64,000 nucleotides of DNA from Phycisphaerales bacterium (GTDB lineage Bacteria; Planctomycetota; Phycisphaerae; UBA1845; UTPLA1). Positions within the stretch are counted from its first letter, which is position 1. Every line of letters begins with the position of its first letter. Made by a program: the position numbers and the translations under genes. Below the pieces are notes generated by a model. It ran no database searches, had not been told where the DNA came from, and saw only the letters and a program-made list of their open reading frames with translations. The stretch spans positions 2,662,315-2,726,314 of the forward strand of contig JACKHI010000001.1 in the NCBI GenBank assembly GCA_020639075.1, read 5' to 3'. This document shows positions 18,395 through 28,448 of this stretch, one piece after another.

Positions 18395-19561
18395 ATGCCC
18401 CCTCGCCCACAGCTCGCCGCGCTGGTCGCGATCGCTTCGCTCATCGCTGTCGACTCGATCCGCGCCCAACCCGTCACGCCCGCTTTCAACGATGTATCGA
18501 TCGGCATCGTCCCGACGGACGACGGCGGAACGTATGAGCTGCATACAGACATCTATCACGCGACTGTCGGAGCGGGACCTCGACCCATCGTCATCTGGAT
18601 TCACGGCGGCGGCTGGCAGAGCGGCACGTATCAGAACTTCGCACAGGCGGCGCGACCGCTGCTGGCACGCGGCATTCATGTCGCGACGGCCGACTATCGA
18701 CTCAGCGGCCAGGCGATCTTCCCGGCGCAGATTCACGACGTGAAAGGGCTCGTTCGGCACCTGCGCGCAAATGCCGCAACGTACAACATCGATCCCGATC
18801 GAATCGGTGCGTGGGGCTCCTCCGCAGGTGGTCACTTGACGGCGCTGCTGGCGACGTCGGGCGGCGTTGTCGAACTCGAAGGCGCGTCGGGCGGAAACTC
18901 GACGTATTCGAGTCGAGTGCAGGCGGCCGTCGACTATTTCGGACCAACGAATCTGTTGACGATGAACGACGACGTGACAGATCCGCCCGGCAGCGGCATC
19001 GATCACGACGCCGCGGACTCACCGGAATCGCGATTGATCGGCTTCGACGGCGCTGGCGAGGGGATCGGCGTGCTGCGCGCGAACATCGACAACCCGGCGC
19101 CGCCCTTTCCGGAGAAGCGCGCGCTCGCGGCGCTCGTCAGTCCGATGACGCACGCCGGCGCTGACGATCCGGCGCTTTTGATCTGCCATGGACTCGAAGA
19201 TCGATCGGTGCCGTTTTATCAGAGCGTTCGGTTGTTTCAAGCGTTGGCGCCGCTTAGCGTGGATGTTGCTCTTCGGCCCGTGCCCGGCTTCGGCCACGGC
19301 GCGCTCGGCAACGAGACGGACGAGGCGGCGCGGGAGTTCCTGGTGCGCCGACTCCTGCCGCGGACGCCGGGCGACATGGATTGCGATGGTGTTGTGGATG
19401 CGGCCGATATCGTCCCGTTCGCCCGCCTGCTCGTTCGACCCGCGTGGTATGCAGTCAACTTTCCCGCATGCAATGCCGCGAACGGTGACTTCAATGATGA
19501 TGACGAAATCGACGGAGGCGACGTCGCCGGGTTTGTGGACGCCTTGTTGGCAAACCCCTAA
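18395..19561 (+). CDS. Secreted alpha/beta-hydrolase (esterase/lipase) with C-terminal dockerin-like repeats
   Basis: Signal peptide. HGGGW oxyanion motif and GSSAGG nucleophile elbow. C-terminal GDMDCDGVVDAADIVPF...NGDFNDDDEIDGGDVAGFVDALL repeats. GGAG RBS before ATG 18395. Confidence 0.75.
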   Translation: MPPRPQLAALVAIASLIAVDSIRAQPVTPAFNDVSIGIVPTDDGGTYELHTDIYHATVGAGPRPIVIWIHGGGWQSGTYQNFAQAARPLLARGIHVATADYRLSGQAIFPAQIHDVKGLVRHLRANAATYNIDPDRIGAWGSSAGGHLTALLATSGGVVELEGASGGNSTYSSRVQAAVDYFGPTNLLTMNDDVTDPPGSGIDHDAADSPESRLIGFDGAGEGIGVLRANIDNPAPPFPEKRALAALVSPMTHAGADDPALLICHGLEDRSVPFYQSVRLFQALAPLSVDVALRPVPGFGHGALGNETDEAAREFLVRRLLPRTPGDMDCDGVVDAADIVPFARLLVRPAWYAVNFPACNAANGDFNDDDEIDGGDVAGFVDALLANP

Positions 19562-19734
19562 GTCGCTTGGACGCCGCGACAAGCCATGTGCGTGACACAA
19601 TGAAAGAACGATGATTTTATCCGAGAGCGATTTGAGCGTTGAGCCCCTGAAGAGAGACTGGACCTTCTTGCCCCCACTCGATACGCGTCACTCATCTCTC
19701 GAAACTCGATACTCAACCATCGGTAAAAAGAGGA

Positions 19735-19772
19735 AGGCGGGACCGAGCCTTAGCCCAATCCCGCCCTACTCC
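19735..19772 (-). terminator. Putative terminator downstream of flagellin
   Basis: On the minus strand ggcgggattgggctaaggctcggtcccgcc is followed by TTCCTCTTTTTAC. Confidence 0.45.
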
Positions 19773-19837
19773 GTTCCCCACCAGGCCGAAGCCTGCCGAA
19801 AAGAGTCTGGTCCGAAATGTCCTGCCCCGCCGCGTTG

Positions 19838-21238
19838 TTACCGCAGCAGCGAGAGAACCTGCGATGTCTGCTGACCCGCGACGCCGAGCAGCGAGATCGA
19901 CGACTGGAGCAGCGTGTTCTGACGCGAGAGCTCGGCCGTTTCCACGGCGAAGTCCACATCGTTGATCAGGCTTCGAGCGGACTCGAGCGAGATCTTGGTT
20001 GCGTTGAGTGAGTTGATCGATGTCTCCACCTGGAACTTCTGGAAGCCGCCGATGCGTCCTCGCTGAGTCGCAACCTGGTTGATCGCGCTCTTGGCGATCA
20101 GCACGGCGTTGTTCGCATTGGTGGAAAGATCGTTCGCGCCACCGCTCTTCAGTTCACTGAGGAAGCCGGTGTTCGTGTCGCCGAGTTCGTGGGCGAAGAT
20201 GGAGCTGATGCCCACAGTCGCCTGCGTATTGCTGGCCGTTCCAAGCTGGAAGGTCAGACCGCCGCCGGCGATATTCAGCGTACCGACGGAACCCGACGTC
20301 GTGTTGCCCGTCGCCGTCAGAGAGAATTCGCCGCTGGATCCGTTGGAGTTAAAGCTGACGCGAAGGCCATCGACGAACGCCTGCTGACCGTTAACAGTCA
20401 CAGACGCGTCGGTTCCTGTCGTCTGCTGAACGCCAGCGGCAAAGTCCGTGTCACCGCTGATGAACGTCGAGCCGACAAACGCGTTCGTGCCGTACTCGCG
20501 GCTCTGAATGTGAAGCTCGGTGCCGCTGACGGAAGCCGAGACGCCTGTCTCGCTCGCCGCGGCGATAATTTTGTCGCGAATATCCGTGATCGCGTCCGAT
20601 GCGGCGACGGTGATCGTCGCCGTGCCGGCTGTACCCGTCACAGTAAACTCGGCAGCGCTGATCGACACGCCGAGGTCGGCAACCGTCGCGGACGCGACGG
20701 TGCCTGCGGACTCGACGCTGACTGCGAAGCTCTGGCTCGAGTTCGATGTCGGTCGCGAGTAGAGCTTGACGTCGGTCACAAGCGTCGGTGACGACGCCGT
20801 CGCGCGGATGCCCTGCTGTCCGTCGAGCAGTCGTTTGCCGTTAAACGTCGTCGTCTGGACGATCCGGTTAATGGCATCGATCGCGTTATCAATCTGCGCC
20901 TGGTTCGCGGAGATTTCGGCGGCGCTGAGACCGCCGGAGCTGGTGCTCTGAGCGGCGAGGGTCTCGATTTCAGAGAGAAGGCTGCCGATTTCACCGAGCG
21001 ATGCGTCGGCAACGTCCAATACGGAGTTGGCGCGTTGGCCGTTGTTGATGGCGGCATCGACCGCGGTGAGTTCAGCGGACAAGCTCTGAACGGCGATCAA
21101 GCCCGCCGGATCATCCGAGCCCTTGTTGATCTTGAAACCGGTCGACAGCTTCGTCAGTGACGCTGACTGCTTTGCGGACGTCTGATTCAAGATGTTCAGA
21201 AGCGACAGTGTGTTGACATTGTTGACTGTAAGACCCAT
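19838..21238 (-). CDS. fliC: Flagellin
   Basis: Conserved flagellin N-terminal domain (LSLLNILNQTSAKQSASLTKLSTGFKINKGSDDPAGLIAVQ) and C-terminal domain (ETAELSRQNTLLQSSISLLGVAGQQTSQVLSLLR). Ser/Thr/Gly-rich variable centre. Confidence 0.9.
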   Translation of the reverse strand: MGLTVNNVNTLSLLNILNQTSAKQSASLTKLSTGFKINKGSDDPAGLIAVQSLSAELTAVDAAINNGQRANSVLDVADASLGEIGSLLSEIETLAAQSTSSGGLSAAEISANQAQIDNAIDAINRIVQTTTFNGKRLLDGQQGIRATASSPTLVTDVKLYSRPTSNSSQSFAVSVESAGTVASATVADLGVSISAAEFTVTGTAGTATITVAASDAITDIRDKIIAAASETGVSASVSGTELHIQSREYGTNAFVGSTFISGDTDFAAGVQQTTGTDASVTVNGQQAFVDGLRVSFNSNGSSGEFSLTATGNTTSGSVGTLNIAGGGLTFQLGTASNTQATVGISSIFAHELGDTNTGFLSELKSGGANDLSTNANNAVLIAKSAINQVATQRGRIGGFQKFQVETSINSLNATKISLESARSLINDVDFAVETAELSRQNTLLQSSISLLGVAGQQTSQVLSLLR

Positions 21239-21583
21239 GACTCTTTCCCTTCTTCAGCCGGTGAGGAACTTTTCACACCAGGCCGGGTAATGCTGCCGGT
21301 CGCAGCTGTTGCCCATATCAATGCTGGCAACAGGGATTTCGTGACATCACGGGGTAAAGGTAAGATATAACAAACTTCGAGTGGTTTTTTTCAGTCGATG
21401 CAAATCACTGCCATAAGCTACTAAGAACCATGAGCTTACGACAGCAGTCCGAATAGCTTCGGCGTCCGTTTTTCGACAGTTGTCTGTATTGGCGGGTCGC
21501 GGTCCGCAATTTGCCAAAACCGCTCGGGAATCGGATGTGCTCGAACGTCCGATCAAGTGATCGACATGCCGTTGCGGGTTTGA

Positions 21584-22192
21584 TTAGGGTGTCGGCGTGT
21601 CAGAGGTGTTTGCGGCTGCCGAGGCCGCGGCACGCATCCTGGCTTCATGTGCTTCGATTTGTTCGACGGCGTCACGTGTAATCGGGCGGATCTTGAGGCG
21701 TCCCCCCTCCTTGCCGACGACGAGGCGGATGACGTTCCCCGCGTACTCGTTCACGGCGGCAATCTTCTTTTCGAGGTCGAACTCGGCGACGATCAGCCAT
21801 GTCGGCCCCTCGAACTGCTTGAGATCCGGTAATCGCCGGAGTTGGGTAATCCGAGCTTCCTTGAGGACGTTAAAGGTAGACTCAAACCTGGCGGGCGGGA
21901 TTTCCTGGCCAGGCTGGCTTGTATACATCAGCTTGAACTCGCTGTACTTGCCTTCCCCACAGATGCGGAAGAACCGATCAATGAATCGATTGACTTCGAG
22001 GTCCGTCGTGCGGAGTTCGTCCGGGAACTTGAACTTGGGAATGAGCTCCGGATCCGGATGCACGACTTCGGGGAATATGTCCTCGGTTGAATAGTCCGGA
22101 TCCTCATCGCGCATGACGACGACGACCACGGTCGTACCGAGTACGACGGCAGCAACCGCAAGGAGGAACAACGGGTTCTTGATGCCACGCAA
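21584..22192 (-). CDS. Hypothetical N-terminally membrane-anchored protein
   Basis: Single N-terminal TM helix (LFLLAVAAVVLGTTVVVVV), then a soluble domain of unknown family. Confidence 0.5.
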   Translation of the reverse strand: MRGIKNPLFLLAVAAVVLGTTVVVVVMRDEDPDYSTEDIFPEVVHPDPELIPKFKFPDELRTTDLEVNRFIDRFFRICGEGKYSEFKLMYTSQPGQEIPPARFESTFNVLKEARITQLRRLPDLKQFEGPTWLIVAEFDLEKKIAAVNEYAGNVIRLVVGKEGGRLKIRPITRDAVEQIEAHEARMRAAASAAANTSDTPTP

Positions 22193-22307
22193 GAGTCGGT
22201 CTCCAGATCCCAGAATGCCGTATCACGTTACCGGATCAGCGTAAAAGCCACCAGTCGCGACGATACTCCAGTTGATGGGGGTAACGGGAATCGATCACGC
22301 ATCGGGC

Positions 22308-22793
22308 CTAGAGACCACCACGACGGACGGCGCGCTGCATGTCACGTGTGTCCTGCTTCTTCCGGGCATCCTGACGTTTGTCGTGAAGCTTCTTGCCGAT
22401 GGCGAGCGCGAGCTCAATCTTGGCGCGTCCGGATTCATTGAAGTAAACCCGAAGCGGAATAAGTGTCTGCCCCTTGATTTTGACTTTCTTTTCGAACTTG
22501 CCAATTTCTCGCTTGTGGAGCAAGAGGGTCTTAATGCGCTTGGAATCGTGGTTGAAATGGGTGGCCTGCTCGTACGGCTGTATTTGGAAGTTATGGAGCG
22601 TGGCCTTGCCGCCATCGATTCGGGCGTAGGCCTCCCCGAGACTTGCCTGGCCGAGCCGTAAACTCTTTACCTCACTGCCTTTAAGCTCCATTCCAGCCTC
22701 GATTGTCTCGAGGATCTGATATTCGAAGCGGGCCTTGCGATTTAATATTTCCGCCGCGTGGCCGCCTCGCGAGTTTTTCTTAATATTCGACAT
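22308..22793 (-). CDS. smpB: SsrA-binding protein
   Basis: NRKARFEYQILETIEAGMELKGSEVKSLR...LLLHKREI...KGQTLIPLRVYF matches the SmpB family. Confidence 0.9.
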   Translation of the reverse strand: MSNIKKNSRGGHAAEILNRKARFEYQILETIEAGMELKGSEVKSLRLGQASLGEAYARIDGGKATLHNFQIQPYEQATHFNHDSKRIKTLLLHKREIGKFEKKVKIKGQTLIPLRVYFNESGRAKIELALAIGKKLHDKRQDARKKQDTRDMQRAVRRGGL

Positions 22794-22875
22794 TACAATA
22801 CTTTACGTCACAGTCCTTACGTCGGCAATGGATTTACTGGGTTGCAGCCTTGGGGAAGCCGTAAAGTATAATAGG

Positions 22876-23520
22876 ATGTCGACAATGAACGGGGAAGCAG
22901 ACTCAAGCCGGCTGACGCAGCTCGAAGAGCGGCGTCTCATCGAACGCGCGCAACGCGGTTGCGAAACGAGCGCGCATCGGTTGATCGCTGCGCACCAGGA
23001 TCGGCTTCACGCATTCGTCTGGCGAATGGTCCGCCGCGATCCCGACGCGGAGGAGATCTGCCAGGACGCATTTCTTCGCGCGTTCCAGGCGTTGGACAAG
23101 TTCGACTTCGCGTATCGGTTCAGCACGTGGCTGTTCACGATCGGTTATCGGCTTTGCCTGAACACGATGCGTCGCCGGAAGGACTATTCGGGCGAGACGG
23201 ATTTCTCGGCCCTGCCGGGGGATGGCCGTGGCGAGCCTGAGCCGGATATCTCCGAGCAGTTCGCGAACAGCGACGAAGCAATCCGGCTGAAAAAAGTTAT
23301 CTGGGATTCAGTGGAAAATCTGACACCACCGCAGCGCGCGGCGGTATTACTGTTCTATAGAGAGTCCCTGAGTTGTCATGAGATCGGGGACATCCTCGAG
23401 ATGCCCGCCGCGACGGTGAAGAGCCATCTCCATCGAGCGCGAACGCGATTAAAGGGCATGCTCGAGAAACAACTGGTGGAGGACTGGTCGGCGGTCAGGT
23501 TCGGCGAGGCGTCGGCATGA
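22876..23520 (+). CDS. ECF (sigma-70 family) RNA polymerase sigma factor
   Basis: Region 2 (FVWRMVRRDPDAEEICQDAFLRAFQALDKFD...FSTWLFTIGYRLCLNTMRRR) and region 4 (LTPPQRAAVLLFYRESLSCHEIGDILEMPAATVKSHLHRAR). Divergent from smpB. Confidence 0.85.
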   Translation: MSTMNGEADSSRLTQLEERRLIERAQRGCETSAHRLIAAHQDRLHAFVWRMVRRDPDAEEICQDAFLRAFQALDKFDFAYRFSTWLFTIGYRLCLNTMRRRKDYSGETDFSALPGDGRGEPEPDISEQFANSDEAIRLKKVIWDSVENLTPPQRAAVLLFYRESLSCHEIGDILEMPAATVKSHLHRARTRLKGMLEKQLVEDWSAVRFGEASA

Positions 23521-23559
23521 TCGAAGGATTCGAGCAGTCAAACGTAAAGGGGTGATCGC

Positions 23560-24201
23560 GTGTTATTGACGTGTCGCCATGTGAATGAACAGCGGGACTT
23601 GTACCTGGACGGCGAGTTGTCGCCGAGCCTGACGGCTGAGGTGCATGCACATCTGCTTCAATGTCCGGCCTGTCAGCAGCAGTTCGAGATGATGCGCGCC
23701 TGCGGCGATCTGATCGCAAAGGACGCCGCCGAACCGGTGCTGGACGCCGGCTTCGCCAGCCGCGTCGTCGCGTCGTTGCCGAAGCGATCGGCCACATCCG
23801 TACTCGTGACGCGCCGCGACAATCGGCAACGGTTCATGAAGATCTTCGCCGGGGCCGGCTTGCCTGCGGCGGCCGCGTTGTTGTTCCTGTCCGTGCTGAT
23901 CTGGCCGACGCCGGAAAAACCGAGCGGCATCGTTCTGGATAAGACCGCGACGAATCTCACTCCGGTCGATGAGCTTGTCAGTCCGGCGATAAACGTATTG
24001 GGCGAGACACGCGACACGATTCGTGACGTCACGAAGGCCGTTCAGAAATCGGTGGACAACGCCGAGTTGGCGTCCGTGCCGTCCAACGATGGAACGACGA
24101 CCCAGCCGTCGCTATTGGATGCATTTCTGTCGCCGTTCAAGAACGCCCTGACACCGCCCGCCGACGACACGGAATCCGACAAGGAGGTCGTGCGATTCTG
24201 A
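23560..24201 (+). CDS. Anti-sigma factor (zf-HC2 type, single TM)
   Basis: Immediately follows the ECF sigma gene. HAHLLQCPACQ zinc-finger motif. One TM helix (LPAAAALLFLSVLIW). GTG start. Confidence 0.65.
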   Translation: MLLTCRHVNEQRDLYLDGELSPSLTAEVHAHLLQCPACQQQFEMMRACGDLIAKDAAEPVLDAGFASRVVASLPKRSATSVLVTRRDNRQRFMKIFAGAGLPAAAALLFLSVLIWPTPEKPSGIVLDKTATNLTPVDELVSPAINVLGETRDTIRDVTKAVQKSVDNAELASVPSNDGTTTQPSLLDAFLSPFKNALTPPADDTESDKEVVRF

Positions 24202-24206
24202 TTGCC

Positions 24207-26240
24207 ATGCAGAACGGCCAGTCAAGATCAATTTCCAGCCGTCGCACTCTCGCGGCGGCTTTTTTTGTCGCTGCGCACTTCATCGCAGGCGCACATAACG
24301 GCAGCGGTGTCGCACGCGCGGAGCAGTCGGCCAACGCGCCGACGATCGACTTCGCACGGATCGTCCCGGGCGACGCGGATTTCTACGTCGAAGTCTCGAA
24401 CCTGTCGGAATTGCGCGCCTCGTTTCAATCGCTGGGCATCTGGCAGGCGTTGCGTGAGACGCTCGAGGGCGATGTTCCATCGACGCAGCCCTGGCAGAAT
24501 CGATCAGAGCAACTGCTCGGCATGTCGTCGGAGGAACTGATCGTCCGTGTCCTCGGCAAGCGGGCCGCCCTGTTTGCGAAACGATCGGACGACTGGCAAA
24601 ACGGCGTCCTCATCGCGGAGATCGAATCCCAACTATCGCTACGAGTGCTCCTTCAGGATTGGCGAGCTCGCCCACTGGCCGACGAAGGCGCCGTGCGACG
24701 CTACCTGTTGCGCGGAAACCTCCTGTGCGCGGTACTTGACCGAACGATCCTGCTCGGACCGCCGGACGATCCCGATGGCCTGTGGGGTCGATCGGTCCTG
24801 CTGATGACGGGGCGCGGACCGCATCTCGCCGGGCAGTCGGCATTCGCTTCACTTCGATCGAGATTGACGAGCGAGCCCGACGCCATGGTCTTTGCACGAT
24901 GGCCGGATGATTACCCATACGCGTTTGCGAATTGCGAGCGCCTGATGCTCTCGATGCAGTTCGACGGCGCGAAAACGTCTTGCTCGCTCTATGGCAGACG
25001 ACGAACGCCGAAGCACGATGAGCCCAGGATCAACTCGGATATCCTGCGCCGTGCGTCGGGCTCCGCGATCGCGCTTTGGGCGGGTGCGCTCAATGAAGCC
25101 AGCACTTCGCCTTCGGACGATACACTCGCACCGACAGGCCCCGGCGAATTCCTTCATCAGATCATCGCCAAGCTCCCCGCCTGGCGATCAACGGGACCGT
25201 CGTTACTCGCTTCGATTGATCCATGCGTACTGCTGCAACTGGGATCGTTGAAGACAGATGACTTCCACTTCCCCACACTCACGCTGACGATGCGATCGGA
25301 GGAAGCCGCGAGCATCGTTCGTCAATTGGATCCAGTCCTGGTTCTGTTCACGCAGATGATCGCCATTTTCGCCACGTCAACGGGGGGGACGACTGACATG
25401 CCAGATGTGGAACACATCGAGGCGGCCGGCGCTGATCTGCGTCGGATCGATCTCGGTCGCGTCCTTGCGCGGCGGAGCGGATTGGCGTTTCTGCGTCCCA
25501 TGAAGCTGGCGTGGACGGCGGACGGCAAGGACGTCATCATCGGCACCTCCGCGGAATCGGTTACGGAGTCGATCCAGGCGAGGCACAACCCCGGCAACTC
25601 GACATCGCCCATCCAAGCGGCCCTTCGGGAACTCCATAACGACAACGAAGAGTCCATGGCGGAATTCGGGTACATCCGCGGCGAATCAGTCTCGGAGATG
25701 TTGAATTCGTGGATCACGTTCGCCGAGCAGCGGCATCCGGAAGTCGTCGACAACGGCTGGTGGCAGGTTTGGATCGCCAGCAAGCTGGCCGAGGAATCGA
25801 GACTCGGCGTGGGCATGGTTGATGACGAAACCGCACCGGGACGAGCGATTGTCAAGGAAATCTCACCGACGTCGCCGGCGGCACTTTTTCTGCGCGAAAA
25901 TGACGTTGTCGTCGGTATTTTCGGCAAGCCGCTGGACGCAAAGCACGCCGCCCGATCCGTCGCGGATCGATACGAACGGCGCGGTGACGCCGACGTCCTT
26001 TCGCTCGATGTCATTCGAGACGGGAACAGAATTCAGCTCGACATTCCGGTTCCCAAGCCGCCGAAACTGACGTCGCTCAACATACGGCCAGTGACGGCGT
26101 TGCGTCGTTTGGCGGGACTTTTGAGCGGCATCGAAAGCGCTTCGTACGTTCGGGTTTCGAATGATCCGTCGAATCTCGACGTGCGCGTGGTCGTTCGCTG
26201 GTCGGCCAGGGGCGCCGAACAATCAACCACATCCCGATAA
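24207..26240 (+). CDS. Secreted protein with C-terminal PDZ domain, co-operonic with the sigma/anti-sigma pair
   Basis: ATG 6 nt after the anti-sigma stop. N-terminal signal peptide. C-terminal GVGMVDDETAPGRAIVKEISPTSPAALFLRENDVVVGIFGKP is PDZ-like. Confidence 0.6.
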   Translation: MQNGQSRSISSRRTLAAAFFVAAHFIAGAHNGSGVARAEQSANAPTIDFARIVPGDADFYVEVSNLSELRASFQSLGIWQALRETLEGDVPSTQPWQNRSEQLLGMSSEELIVRVLGKRAALFAKRSDDWQNGVLIAEIESQLSLRVLLQDWRARPLADEGAVRRYLLRGNLLCAVLDRTILLGPPDDPDGLWGRSVLLMTGRGPHLAGQSAFASLRSRLTSEPDAMVFARWPDDYPYAFANCERLMLSMQFDGAKTSCSLYGRRRTPKHDEPRINSDILRRASGSAIALWAGALNEASTSPSDDTLAPTGPGEFLHQIIAKLPAWRSTGPSLLASIDPCVLLQLGSLKTDDFHFPTLTLTMRSEEAASIVRQLDPVLVLFTQMIAIFATSTGGTTDMPDVEHIEAAGADLRRIDLGRVLARRSGLAFLRPMKLAWTADGKDVIIGTSAESVTESIQARHNPGNSTSPIQAALRELHNDNEESMAEFGYIRGESVSEMLNSWITFAEQRHPEVVDNGWWQVWIASKLAEESRLGVGMVDDETAPGRAIVKEISPTSPAALFLRENDVVVGIFGKPLDAKHAARSVADRYERRGDADVLSLDVIRDGNRIQLDIPVPKPPKLTSLNIRPVTALRRLAGLLSGIESASYVRVSNDPSNLDVRVVVRWSARGAEQSTTSR

Positions 26241-26255
26241 GTCGCCGACAATACG

Positions 26256-27281
26256 TCAGCCTTTGAGTGCCGCGATCTGGGCGTCGAGGCTTTCGTGGGC
26301 AGCGGCGACGACTTCCTTCATAACTTCCTGCAGGGGCTTGTTTCGAATTCGCACACCGGCCGCGTGCGCGTGGCCGCCGCCGTGAAACTTCTGCGCCAAT
26401 TCGACGACGCGTACGCCGCCTTCGCCGCGCAGGTTGATACGAACGACGCCGGGCTCACCTTCGGTGAACAGCATTGCCATATGGACGCCCTTGAGGGCAA
26501 GCGGAATCGCGACTTGATCGTCGATATCCTCGGGTCTCGCGCCGGCGGCCAGAAAGTCCTGGTGCGTCAGGTGGCTATAGGCAATCCGCTGGTCGTCCGT
26601 CACAACTGTGTTGTCGTAAACGCGTCGAAGCAATTCGAAATCGGAGCGAACCTGGGATCGGCAGAGCTGCTCGCCGACGAACGCCACATCCGCACCGCAT
26701 CGGAGCAGCGTAGCGGCCGTCTCCATCGTGTCCGGCGACGTGCTCGGCAGACTGAAACCGGCCGTATCGCCGTAGATGCCGGCGTAAAGCAATGAGGCAA
26801 CGCTGGGCGAGACTTTCCAACCCAGCTTCTCGATCAACCTGGCGACGAGTTCGCAGGTGCTGGAGGCCTTCGCATCGATCCAGTTGTACCGGCCGAATGC
26901 CGTATTGGACACATGATGGTCGATGTTGAAGACGTCGATATGTCCATCCAACGGCAGCCCGGGCTCCATGTTGATTCGGTTGGCCCCGGCCGTATCGAGC
27001 ACAATAAACCCATCGTAGCCGTCGTCGGCGGACCAGGAGTCTGCACAAGGCGTATCGGAGACGAGACGCAGCAGGAAATCGAGCTTCTTGGCAACCGTCG
27101 AAGCCGGCAGCCCGCAGACGGCGTGGATACCCTGGGCGCGCATGGCAGTCGCCAGGCCGAGGGACGAACCTATGGCGTCGGCATCCGGCGTCACGTGGCC
27201 CACGACGAACACTCGGCGGCGACTTCGAAGCGCCGCCAGGAGTTCATCACTTGGTAAGAAGTTACTTGCATTCAAAGTCAT
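26256..27281 (-). CDS. DHH/DHHA1 phosphoesterase (NrnA-like oligoribonuclease/pAp phosphatase)
   Basis: VFVVGHVTPDADAIGSSLG, IVLDTAG, DHH (IDHHVSN), and C-terminal GGGHAHAAG DHHA1 motif. Confidence 0.8.
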   Translation of the reverse strand: MTLNASNFLPSDELLAALRSRRRVFVVGHVTPDADAIGSSLGLATAMRAQGIHAVCGLPASTVAKKLDFLLRLVSDTPCADSWSADDGYDGFIVLDTAGANRINMEPGLPLDGHIDVFNIDHHVSNTAFGRYNWIDAKASSTCELVARLIEKLGWKVSPSVASLLYAGIYGDTAGFSLPSTSPDTMETAATLLRCGADVAFVGEQLCRSQVRSDFELLRRVYDNTVVTDDQRIAYSHLTHQDFLAAGARPEDIDDQVAIPLALKGVHMAMLFTEGEPGVVRINLRGEGGVRVVELAQKFHGGGHAHAAGVRIRNKPLQEVMKEVVAAAHESLDAQIAALKG

Positions 27282-27656
27282 GAAACCTGTGCCCCCCAGA
27301 AAACAAGAGAGTCGCTGAATCGCCATGCGTACCGGCTAAGCGACTCCGGCACGAACTTCGCATGTCGACGCCGATGTCCAAACCCGACATGCCGAATGAC
27401 GAGGCAGACAGAATACGCGACGACGTTCGTCCGGGCCAGTACAGGTGTGGATTCACTGGATTGCGACGTAAGAAGGCGGCCAGGGTTCGGGTGCGTGCTG
27501 GGGGGAAACACGCGGGGCGCCGAAGCCCTGACCGCGGCGGACATCGTATTCACGGGCCCATATGTTTCAAGCGAAAAGCGAGCGAAGGTGCACGCAATTG
27601 TGGCGCGTACAAACATATTCGGTCGCGCAGTTTTTGCGTGTACAGGATTGGATGTG

Positions 27657-28448
27657 TCAGGACGCCAGCAGGAACGCCAGCAATCGCGACGCCGCGCCGG
27701 CGAGCAACGCAGTGATCGCGATCACGAACAGGAAGAAAAACGGTCGTCTCGCAAGAAAGAGGATCACGAGCTGCTTGAGGTAGAGCATTTGCTGACGCGC
27801 CGTGAGTTTGCTCTCCCCTGCGTGTCGATCGACGAAGTGAATCGGAATCTCGCGTACGCGTCGGCATCCGGATCGAACGAAGACCTCGAGACCGATCTTG
27901 TAACCGATGGCCAGCATGCCGTTGCGTCGGGCATTGTCGAAGGTCTCTCGTCGAATGCAGAAGTAGCCGGCCATCGGATCGCATGCATTCATCAGAGGCC
28001 TCGCGAGCCACGTCGCGACTTTCGAATTCAGCCGTCGAAGGAAGCCCCAATCCTCACTCGTTCGGCCTCCGCTGACATAGCGGGAACCGATGCAGAAGTC
28101 GGTTTCGTTGCGGGCGACGGGGTTGATGATGTCCACGAGTTTCTCGGGCGGATGCGACAAATCGGCGTCCATGCAGACCAGCAGGTCGCGATCGGATTCG
28201 TCAAAGCCGCGAATGACGGCGGACGACAGGCCGCGTTCTCCCCGCCTCGTGATCAATCGAACGGCGTACTTCTTCGACAATTCCGCAACGACGTCGACCG
28301 TGGCGTCCGGGCTGTCATCATCCACGATGATGAGTTCGGCATCGAATCCCGCGCTTCGCGTCGCCGCAAACACGCGCTCGCACATCGGCCGGAGGTTCTC
28401 CGCTTCGCAATACGTCGGGACCACGATGGATACGCGAACAACCTGCAT
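27657..28448 (-). CDS. GT2 glycosyltransferase (polyprenol-phosphate mannose/glucose synthase, Dpm1-like)
   Basis: VSIVVPTYCEAENL, IIVDDDSPDAT, CMDADLSHPPE, MAGYF, and two C-terminal TM helices. Confidence 0.8.
   Translation of the reverse strand: MQVVRVSIVVPTYCEAENLRPMCERVFAATRSAGFDAELIIVDDDSPDATVDVVAELSKKYAVRLITRRGERGLSSAVIRGFDESDRDLLVCMDADLSHPPEKLVDIINPVARNETDFCIGSRYVSGGRTSEDWGFLRRLNSKVATWLARPLMNACDPMAGYFCIRRETFDNARRNGMLAIGYKIGLEVFVRSGCRRVREIPIHFVDRHAGESKLTARQQMLYLKQLVILFLARRPFFFLFVIAITALLAGAASRLLAFLLAS

Noticed and set aside
21239-21583. Sigma-28 (FliA) promoter upstream of flagellin
   Set aside because: No TAAA-N15-GCCGATAA match. The best -10-like element is TTGATATGG with no proper -35. 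A 6-bp inverted repeat GTTGCC-N12-GGCAAC is present but unsupported.
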